DNA of 63,170 nt, filler included, from Octopus bimaculoides (lineage: Eukaryota), in assembly GCF_001194135.2 (NCBI RefSeq). It is 8 parts of 8 records of this genome, joined end to end, with 100 filler letters (N's around TTAATTAATTAA, not from the genome) between each part and the next. Parts side by side here need not be neighbours in the genome. Positions count along the whole stretch, not along the records: positions 38,190 to 52,662 come from NC_069000.1; positions 52,763 to 61,984 come from NC_068989.1; 6 more parts are not named here. One strand, 5' to 3'. The position numbers were made by a program, and so were the translations under genes. Positions 51,716 to 61,774 of the stretch are shown one piece after another. Numbering within the stretch: the stretch's first letter is position 1; each line of letters opens with the position of its first letter. Under the pieces are notes generated by a model. That model did not search any database, was not told the origin of the DNA, and saw nothing but the letters and a program-made list of their open reading frames with translations.

Positions 51716-52807
51716 CTGAAAGCTCTAGACTTACTTTACAGAAAGACACATTCATGGCCGTTGGATTTCATAATTTCAAGGAGTAGTTGCCCTTGATATT
51801 TGAACTGGATTATCTCTTTTCAGACCATAGTAGTCCAATCATTTTCGGCTTACAACACATTCAGCCATGTCACTCATTTTGTTCCGCAAAATTCAGTATA
51901 TTTATTACTTTGCGGTCATAGCTATATTCATTATATATTGCGCTTTACTTATTTTTTATTCTCTAAATCTTAGTGGGAAATTTCAATAAATTATAAATTT
52001 ATTGTAAATGACATTCAATACTTAATCTAATTTTACAGACACATGACATTGGTTACTTTGAGTTATTTCCCTTGGCTTTCATTTATTTCAAATAACCAAA
52101 ATACAAGTTCATAGTTCTTTCTCACCCCCTGCTGGCAAACAGAAAACAGAATATCTTTTCCTCAGACATGTAAATTAAATTGAACATTACAGCTTAATTT
52201 CTTCAAATTATCTCCCCTTTTCTTTGACAGTCAATAACAGTTGTAGCTAGATTTTCATTGGTTTGGCAAATTTGAGGAAAAATTTCATTAAAAACTTTAA
52301 ATACATACCCTTTTGTATATACTCTTGAACTATACATGTGCGTGTGTGTATATATATGTGTGTACGTGTTTGTGTGTGTAGTAAATATTATTAATATATT
52401 CTCAGTGAAAGAGCGATGTATACATCCTTTCTCACGTTATTCGAACCGACATCTTATCTGAAACAATTTTGAACGTTTTGTCTGTCCTCCGGACCAAAGA
52501 TGTTTTGTCAGAGATTTACATATTTCGTTATAGCAATTTTTATTGATTCTTCAATAGATAAACGGATATATATATATATAATATATATACAAATATATAA
52601 TATACACTATATAATATATAATATATAATATATATATAAAAAAAAAAATAAAAAATATATATNNNNNNNNNNNNNNNNNNNNNNNNNNNNNNNNNNNNNN
52701 NNNNNNTTAATTAATTAANNNNNNNNNNNNNNNNNNNNNNNNNNNNNNNNNNNNNNNNNNNNATTGGCTTGGTAGTTCCGGGTTAATAAGCTTATTAAGA
52801 TCAAAGC

Positions 52808-52850
<43 letters not shown>

Positions 52851-52862
52851 CATCATTATAAC

Positions 52863-52920
<58 letters not shown>

Positions 52921-52936
52921 GTTGTTGTTGTTGTTA
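52808..52936. repeat. (ATT)n/(GTT)n microsatellite just upstream of a TRPA exon acceptor
   Basis: Direct inspection. Confidence 0.95.
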
Positions 52937-52987
52937 TTAATTAATGTTTTTTGCAACATTGTATATTCTTACCTATCCCCCATCAAG

Positions 52988-53154
52988 GAAACGGCTCTGC
53001 ATTTATCAGCAAAAAATGGCCACACTTCAGCAGTGTGTTTGTTACTCTCGTGTAAGGCGAAGATACTCAACGATAAAAAGAAGATGACATTTTACGACCA
53101 TATTCTAGAAATGAAAAGTTCCGAAGTGGCGCAGGCTGTGATTGAGCATCAGAG
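52988..53154 (+). CDS. TRPA1: TRPA1-like channel, internal exon (last ankyrin repeat): ETALHLSAKNGHTSAVCLLLSCKAKILNDKKKMTFYDHILEMKSSEVAQAVIEHQ(R)
   Basis: Ankyrin consensus TALH.A...GH...V.LLL; parallels human NTALHFAAREGHAKAVALLLSHNA...; acceptor CATCAAG|, donor AG|GTAAAT; phase 0 to 2. Symbol means family-level (TRPA1-like). Confidence 0.9.
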
Positions 53155-53697
53155 GTAAATAAATGGTTGCGAAGAATTGGAAAGATGGCTGTTGTATGTA
53201 GTTAGTTTCTTATAGTTTGTTTCTTATTACCATGATAACTGTGGTGACAGTGATCATTGCGTCGTCGTCGCTTTATCTGTGATAATGATACTGCTGGTGA
53301 TAATGTTGCCATTAGTAATGTTACTAGTATTAGTGTTGTTGTTGTTGTTGCTGTTGGTGTTGTTGCTACTGTTGCTGCTGTGTTGTTGTTGTTTATCCCC
53401 ATATTTCAGTTCTGATCCAGCCGTGACAATCCAAACATTTTTCGCCACTAACCCATTCTCAAGTATCTATGCCTGTAATGGTATTGTAATGCAATATAGT
53501 GTTCCGTGGTATAATTAAAGTATCAAACATCGAGAAATACATTACCTAAATTTTTTTAAGACGACTGTGTAATTTGAGGAAGATTTCACATCTATTTCTA
53601 GTAGACAAAGTGGTCGTACTGAGACTTCCTCTTGATATCGCTGCCGCTCTCCGGAAATAAAACTGACAGTGGTAGTGTTGGTGGGAGATAGTAGTAG

Positions 53698-53737
<40 letters not shown>

Positions 53738-54019
53738 NNNNNNNNNNGTAGTAGTAGTAGTAGTAGTAGTAGTAGTTTAACATGTAGGTTAACAGAAGTA
53801 GGTTTATTAACCGTCGTAAAAAATGACAGTAAATTCTCCTTTAAAAAATGAAAGTGAAGTGCAGCAGAAACCGGACTGGTACCAGAATAGGAAACAATTT
53901 TAGAGTACAATGCTCTACAGTTAGCATGATAGCATAATACACTGTATTAAAGTAGTGGTGGTGTAGTGTAATGTAATGTAGTTTGTGTAATACAGTGTAT
54001 TCTATATATATATATATAT

Positions 54020-54110
54020 ATATGAATAATAACAATAAATGGAGCAAAACGCATATAAATAAAAGTTCCTTTTATATGCGTTTTGCTCCATTTATTGTTA
54101 TTATTCATAT
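54020..54110. repeat. Perfect 40-bp inverted repeat with 11-nt spacer (TRPA intron)
   Basis: 54020-54059 is the exact reverse complement of 54071-54110. Confidence 0.95.
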
Positions 54111-54648
54111 CTACTCAAAATGCATCACTTTAACTTGGTATCTCTACCTATAAAACGAGTGTGATATCCCGTTTTTTTTTTGTGTGATTTTTGCTACCCA
54201 TGGTAACTATTAACATATTTACATTGTCAAGGGTTTTTTAAACTGAGATAATATTAATATATACATAAACTAATATATATATATATAATTGTTGAAGCAG
54301 ACAACAAACGCTAAGACAAGGCAAACATCTCAAGTTATATGCATTATTATTATTGGAAAAAATTCAAACTCTTACACCTGTTTCTGGGATATCACAGAAT
54401 ATGGGGTATTCCGTCATATGAGGTAAATAGGGAAAATGAGAAGGGTATAGATTAATGAAATAACGACATAGAGGACATGAGAAAAGGAATAAGGAGATGA
54501 AGAAAGAGAAGAAAAAAGAAGCATAAAAGTTCACAGTTCAACTTTCCGATCGTGTAGAAGTAAGACCGTAAGTCCTTAGGTGCAATCCTGATAGTGTAAA
54601 TATCCAGAAATAGACGAAAACATATCAATGTTCAATAATAGAATATTT

Positions 54649-54698
<50 letters not shown>

Positions 54699-54823
54699 TA
54701 CTTGGAAATGGATGCGTGGCGTTCAATTATATAATGATATAAATAATATATATATGTGCATATATACATACACATATGTACATATTTACATATATATGAT
54801 ATATATGTATATACATATACATA

Positions 54824-55580
54824 TGTGGGTACAAGACGTCATAGAACGTAAACAACAAGAAATACGAAAACAGCATGAAATACGAAATACGAATACATGG
54901 AATATGAACTTTTTTTCGAACAACGAAAGAAACAAATGAAAACCAAGACAAGCAACATAAAGAACGACCCTTCATCAATTGTCGGCTGTTTTTCTATTCC
55001 GTATTTCAAGGAGTAATTTACGACAAGGTACGCCTTTGACAAAACAGTTGCTCCCGCAAGGCAAATTAAATAAAAATTTGGGATTTTGCGGTGGGTCAAA
55101 ATTGGTAACAAAACAGGAGAGTGAAAACAAACAGGAAAGGCTGCTAAGCCTAAACGAGATGAGATGGCGAACGCAGTGGGACAGATCTTGGACAGGAGAC
55201 AGATAAGAATGCGTCTGATCTCTGCAGCTGAATCAGAAGGAAAGAAAGAAACTCAAATTAGGAAAGGAAAGAAAGGTGGCCGTTGGTCACGTGCGAGCAA
55301 CGAGATAGCAAAGGAGGCAGAGTTAAAACGTTTTAAATTTACTTCTGTGCTGTTTCCACCTTCATATTTCATATGTAACCACATGTGGATCGTTGGCGAT
55401 TTTTCTCTCTGTCTTCCTTTTCTCTTGGACCTTCCTCCGTCCCCTGTTTCTGGCGAAGAGCTTTGCTCGATACGTAAAAACTACCTTTCTTTCCTTCCCT
55501 GAGCATCTCCTAATACTTTGCATTACCACGTCCTCACGTTGTTGTTTTTCTCTTGTTGTGTTCTTGTTTTTGGTGGGGAT
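54824..55580. mobile_element. Unclassified interspersed repeat, probably Penelope pseudo-LTR related
   Basis: Contains a hammerhead-like motif at 55446; part 54830-54980 resembles the short repeats at ~22270-22390 (+) and ~37676-37785 (-). Classification is inference. Confidence 0.45.
55446..55481 (+). ncRNA. Minimal type-I hammerhead-ribozyme-like motif with two core substitutions, sense in a TRPA intron
   Basis: GUUU-CUGGCGA-A-GAGC(UUU)GCUC-GAUAC-GUA-AAAAC. Confidence 0.55.
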
Positions 55581-55929
55581 TTATATACATACATACATAC
55601 ATACATACATGGTGCGAGAGGTATTTGAGGACATATCTGATAATTTAATAAGGCAATTCTAATATAGCAAAAGCCAAATACACTTTAATAAAACTTTAAT
55701 AATAATCTGCAGCGAAATAAACAAAAGGCTTGCGTAGTTCATCTTCTATAAAGTATTTTATCGTTAGGTACTCAATAATTGACATTTGTCTTCTAAAGAA
55801 AAGTAAAATAATAGCTAAACGATTATTAATTTGCACTATCAAATATATGTTTACACTGTATATGTTGTGAAAATATGATTTTCAACCGACATGTTACCGT
55901 AAAAATCAATCTAATATTATCTTCTTCAG

Positions 55930-56014
55930 ATGGGAGGAGATTATGTCACTACCTTCAGAAATCTACGGACAAACGATTGTAGGACTCATTAAAGAACTGC
56001 CTGATGTCTGTTTG
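55930..56014 (+). CDS. TRPA1: TRPA1-like internal exon: (R)WEEIMSLPSEIYGQTIVGLIKELPDVCL
   Basis: Acceptor TTCTTCAG|A completes the Arg codon (phase 2); donor TTG|GTTGGT; parallels human KRWDECL...ITEMIEYLPECM. Confidence 0.85.
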
Positions 56015-56589
56015 GTTGGTATATTTTCTAGAATTTCTCTTTTATGATTTATAGCTCAGTTTTGTTTGAAAACAAAATGACCTGAAGTTGTAGATAACTC
56101 TATAAAGATTATAAAAGATAGCACAATATAAACTGTGGCGATATTTCGCTTGATTGCGATGCGTTCTCGTTACAGATTGCAAATATTTCCTGTGTTCTAA
56201 CAACGAAAATATAATTTATCCTGTTCAAATAATGCGTACTGCAAGGAGATTGCATCGCCCTTTATTGAAATTTCACAACAGAACTAATAAATTCTGTGCC
56301 TATATTTGTGTATAAGTTTTCATGTTCCGCTTCTCCAGTTTACCTTTGATGCAAAATGTCATTTGCGCATGCGTTATTGTGAGCAGAATCTTAACCACAC
56401 TGTGAAACAAGAAATTACTATACATTGACTCCGACACAGGTAATCGCTATACATTGTAAGTTATGTAGTTACGTATCTATGAAATATTTCTCATATTGAC
56501 GACCAATGTAGTTGTTTCTTAACTCCATGTCAACACTAATAGTATAGATCCAGAATTACAAGTACACTAATCATAGTCATCTTTTATCT

Positions 56590-56792
56590 ATCACTTGTTT
56601 CAGTCATTTGACTGCGGCCATGCTGGAGCACTGCCTTGAAGGGTTTTCGTCGAGCAAATTGACCCCAGGACTTATTTCTTTTTAAGCTTAGTACTTATTT
56701 TATCAATATATTTTGCCGAACCGCTAAGTTACGGGGACGTAAACACACCAGTACCGGTTGTCAAGCAGTAGTGTGTGACAAACACGCGTGCG

Positions 56793-56852
<60 letters not shown>

Positions 56853-56960
56853 CGACTAGCTTTTTTTACTTTCCGTCTACCAAATCCACTCACAAGGCTT
56901 TGCTATGGCAGAAGACACTTGCCCAAGACGCCACACAGTGGGACTGAACCTGGAACTATG
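56590..56960 (-). mobile_element. SINE family A copy in a TRPA intron
   Basis: Sequence match to other copies. Confidence 0.85.
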
Positions 56961-57139
56961 CGCCTATATCGAACTTCATTATCGAGTGTGTTTTGTTTTT
57001 GTGTGAAACGGCAGTGTGTGCTTTGAAAAAGATTTAACAACCACATAGAACACCCTTAATGAGCAAAGTAGTTTCGTAATCAAATCTATTTTAGAATAAC
57101 TGCATTTCTAATCTTACGTGCATCTCTGTTTCTATCTAG

Positions 57140-57199
57140 AGCTTGATGGACCGTTGTACCACACCCTCAAAAGAAGATCCTAAATGCAAAAAGTTTTCT
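57140..57199 (+). CDS. TRPA1: TRPA1-like internal exon: SLMDRCTTPSKEDPKCKKFS
   Basis: Acceptor TCTATCTAG|, donor TCT|GTAAGT; phase 0/0; colinear with human VLLDFCMLHSTEDKSCRDYY. Confidence 0.9.
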
Positions 57200-57369
57200 G
57201 TAAGTTAATTGTCTTTTATATTACCTTTCAATGATATACATTCTTCTTTCGTTGCATTGACAACCTATGGGATGTTACTTCTAATAACACATTCTCTTCA
57301 ACAGACGATATTACTCTTCTGTCCAGCTTCACTTTCTGCACATAGGCATTATCCTCGTGTAATCGAGAG

Positions 57370-57690
57370 CAACTTTCACATCAAATTTTCATTGCTGCGA
57401 TGTCCTTCAGTCAAAGCTACACCTTGTAGATGACTTTTGTTTGCCACGCCATTCTCATTGAGACGTCGACGCCAGATAGTATTGATGCTGACACATTGTT
57501 GAAGGTGACCAGACAGCTGCGGAGTTGCATTCGTTGACATTTGAAACCTCTCCAACAAACGTCATCTCAGAATATGGCGGCCTTGGCTGGTTGTGGTGAT
57601 ACGAGATATTTCTGGTCGTGGTTGATCTACTGAGGTTCCACTAACGCTAACACGAGTCTGCAGAATATGAATAGCAGAAACGCGTACATT
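57370..57690 (-). mobile_element. Tc1/mariner transposase remnant (N-terminal HTH region)
   Basis: Minus strand GTSVDQPRP...RITT...ERFQ...ATPQLSGHLQQCVSINTIWRRRLNENG...LTEGHR. Confidence 0.7.
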
Positions 57691-59664
57691 GAATGCGTTT
57701 GCATGTCTTCTTGACATCGACTATAGAATCAAGGTGGCCAAGACTAACTTACCCTTACCATAAACCGAGTGAGTCACTCCAATACATCAGCATCCTATCC
57801 AATCAACCTACATTTACCCTTAAGGGCAGCGTCACTGGTGCTTCTATCAATATTTCTAACCCATCAGCAAATGATGATATCTTTAATAATCATGCCTTGT
57901 ATTACAACGCAGCTCTTCAAATCAGCGGCTTCCGCGACATTTCTACTAAAAATAAAACTCGCATTTCTCTTTCCCAGTGCAGATCCTGTTCCCACCAGGT
58001 TTACAACTACCTATTCACATCCCCTCAACCTGCAACTGAACTCCTCTATGCCCAGCACTCACCCGGTTTTCCGGCCGCCTCGAAAGTTAAATAACTCTAA
58101 ACATCTCTAAGTAGGCCTACTCATTACACCTCCGCGTACTAAGCCCTTATAACAGAGAAAGAAGTAATTAAACGTTAAGATTTGGATAAGTTGAATAAGC
58201 GACGATTTATTCCTCTCGTTATAAAAATAAGATTACCAAAAGAGAATGATAATTAAATTACAGACTGGAACGACTTAAATCACTTCAGTTCTGCTGGGTC
58301 TGTTGATGTGACTGTGGTCTGCTGTCTGTTGCGGTAACGATGAAGACCGGAGAAGGCTGGTTGAAGAAAGTTGTGTGACGACTAGATTCCTGGTTCATCG
58401 ACGCTGGTCCAAAGAGACGTATTGTGTGGTCTATGGCTGCTGCCAAAGACGAAGCGAAACAGAATATAAGGGTTCTTATAACCACGGATAGGCTCCAGAG
58501 ACAAAGTGGTCTTACCCGTGTTGAAAACTGTTGCAAACACGCGATTGGACAGTTAGTAACCGACCAATACATGCAACTAGTTTAGCAAGCCACTGGATCA
58601 TTTGACTCAATGGAAAGAAAAGGTCTGGTGAGCCCATTCTGCTGTATTTAAGCTTAAACAACCTAACATAATAAAAGCATTACACACTTCTGCTACACCT
58701 TCCAAGGGCAGAAAGCGGAAGATCTTATGGTTCATGCCACAATGCTCTCTTCAAGTTAAATATTTACCGAAGCTATTTTTCAAAATCCAAAGCTCCAATT
58801 TCCCACCACAACATAAATACAACTTCACCTTTAATAAATCTCCGATAAAAAAAAAAAACTGCTAATCTGTAACACCAAACTTCAAATACATAATCGCATC
58901 CTCTAATAGGCTCAAACTATGTCTCCTTACGGTGATCCCTACTATCTATCCTTCTGACCCCATCCCAACCCACCTGATAATAATAATACTACAACCTCGG
59001 GAACCTTACCCACTTCAATAATAGCAACCTTGATACAACCACCCCTGCTACTAGATACCTGACTACCGCCCACTTCCAGCCCAATACTAGTAATGATAAC
59101 ACCTCCGGTTCTTCTTTGAGGATAACAGATCATATGAAAAAGACCAGGTCACGGATCAATCCAGCCCACAGCTGGTAGGAAAACCTGCAATTTCCGGGTC
59201 TCCCAACTTCGCCTGTTGGATGGTTTTTGTGTATGATATAATGTAGTATATAAATGCCGGGTAATAACATTACGTTCCCACTAGGCTAGGAACTACATTG
59301 GCGGCACAGTTGATTTCAAACGCCGCTATTGGAGTTCACATGAATTCGTTTTAAAAACGAGCCTTTAAACTCTCAACCTCGGTAGCTACATACACAACTT
59401 CAAGTCTCGGAATATTCGCTGTACCTTATCCTTGTCCATTGTTTGAGAGATTTCTCCGCACAATACTAACCACCGTGTTTGTAAATTGTGTTTAAAAAAG
59501 CCGGTTGCTATTCTCTGCCACCATAACTCTTCATTAGTCAATAGGTATCTTCACGTAATCTTTCGTGTTAGCATAGATTTTACTTCATCTTTGCCCATTA
59601 CGCAAAGTATCTGTAATCTCAACTAAATATTAAACCCTAACTTATCACTTAGCTATGTTGGCAG

Positions 59665-59672
59665 CATATTCC

Positions 59673-59721
<49 letters not shown>

Positions 59722-60200
59722 TCTCTTCTCCTTGCACCTTTCTCCATATCTCTTATTCTTTGAATTCTTTCCAGCTCCCATCTCTAATAGACGCACAATC
59801 TACTCAAATCTATTTTCCTCGTACCTTTCACAACAACCCTCTTCCTCGTACCTTCCCTCACCGCCATTCCTTTATTTCACTCATTGTCTCTCCCTGTCTT
59901 TCTCTATAGCTAGCAACCATCCTTAGCTGATTTAAGATCTGCTTAGAGACATACCACAACCAGTGGCGCCACCTTTCACCATATTGGCCTTATCTTACCC
60001 CTCCCCTCCTCCCTCAAGCTCATCTTTTCTACCTCCATACACTTCCCCGATTACTGACCTTCCCCTACCTCTCCCCACCTTGTATCTCTTCTTGCTCTTC
60101 CTCTACTTCTCTCCTTCTCTACTTCCCCTCCCTAATCTGATTATATCCACCCTTTCCATACCTTTTACTCCTTCCTCGTTTCCACTTCAACCTTTAAATT
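59665..60200. repeat. (CT)n microsatellite and pyrimidine-rich low-complexity tract
   Basis: Direct inspection. Confidence 0.85.
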
Positions 60201-61061
60201 TCTCGCATAACTACCTGAACTGCTATTGCCAAATTCTTTTGTGTGGTAATATCTCTATGCGACAATTCACTGGCTGGCGGTATAGCCATAACGTTTTGCG
60301 CATTCCGTCTAATAGACATGTACATAACGATCATTACGTAATTCCGAATTTCCAGAAACAGCCATCGAGTTTAAAAAGTTATGCGTTCTCTTCTTAGTAT
60401 TGTGTATTTTATATTGCATGTAAATTCATTTGTGTGCGTGTGTGTGTGTATGTGTGTATGTATGTGCTTGTACATATGAGTTTATTTTCTGAATATATTT
60501 AGATATACGTATATATATGTGCATCTAAATGTGTGTATGCATATGTATGTGTGTGTGTGCGTGTGTGTACGCGCGCGTATATATATATATANNNNNNNNN
60601 NNNNNNNNNNNNNNNNNNNNNNNNNNNNNNNNNNNNNNNNNNNNNNNNNNNNNNNNNNNNNNNNNNNNNNNNNNNNNNNNNNNNNNNNNNNNNNNNNNNN
60701 NNNNNNNNNNNNNNNNNNNNNNNNNNNNNNNNNNNNNNNNNNNNNNNNNNNNNNNNNNNNNNNNNNNNNNNNATATACTTTATATGCGCGTCAGCAAGAC
60801 TACCATTGGTTTCATGCAGAGAGAGAAATTTCTCAGCAATTATCAACCCTCCTACATGGAATGTTGGTACTCGTCTCCATCTTGGATGTTAAACTACAAA
60901 TAAAGAATATCTGCTCACCAGTGTGGTGCTGCACACTCATTCTAAGTGTTCAATGTTATCGTATGTATGTATGTGAGTTTGAGTGTGTGTATGTATGTAT
61001 GTATGTATGTATGTATGTATGTATGTATGTATAACTAATGTTCTTCATTCTTTTTCGGCAG

Positions 61062-61142
61062 ATTGAGTACAACTTCAAATATTTACAGAACCCTGAAGAT
61101 GATTCCGGTGAAATGGAACGCAAACCGATGAGCATTCTTAAC
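61062..61142 (+). CDS. TRPA1: TRPA1-like internal exon: IEYNFKYLQNPEDDSGEMERKPMSILN
   Basis: IEYNFKYLQ is identical to the human TRPA1 motif as I recall it; acceptor TTTTTCGGCAG|, donor AAC|GTAAGT; phase 0/0. Confidence 0.95.
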
Positions 61143-61555
61143 GTAAGTATACATCTACAAAAGCTTCTAATCTAAACAAAACTACAGACATCTAGTGACT
61201 CATCTAATCACAATGGTTCGTTGGATGATCATTTAATTTCACCGACCCCAGGATCTCTGCAATCAATACCGTCACAAATATTTGCATTATAGATCATAAC
61301 TGAATGAAATGTTACTCGATTTCTTGGTGTACATGTTGCTTTCTATTGCATTATGATTCATTACTCCAGCTATGTAAAGTGAACTGTCGTCGACGAATTA
61401 CCTTCACCCGTTGATTTACACAAGCGATAGTGAGATAATATGATACATCGACCTTTCAGTAGATGTGTAACTATTTGGTCGGCTATGACATGACCTTTCA
61501 CTTTGATAATTAGAAAAAGGTTATGTATATATATTCATACATAAACAGAAAGACC

Positions 61556-61557
61556 GG

Positions 61558-61588
<31 letters not shown>

Positions 61589-61693
61589 CCAGACAGGCGG
61601 ACAGACAGACAGACAGACAGACAAGCAGACAGACAGACAGACAGACAGANNNNNNNNNNACAGATAGACAGATAGCTAGATAGATAGATAGAG

Positions 61694-61724
<31 letters not shown>

Positions 61725-61725
61725 C

Positions 61726-61772
<47 letters not shown>
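61556..61772. repeat. Compound (GACA)n/(GATA)n microsatellite
   Basis: Direct inspection. Confidence 0.95.

Positions 61773-61774
<2 letters not shown>

Noticed and set aside
61091-61115. CUGAAGA...GAAA inside the last TRPA exon
   Set aside because: No stems; explained by the codons for PEDDSGEM.
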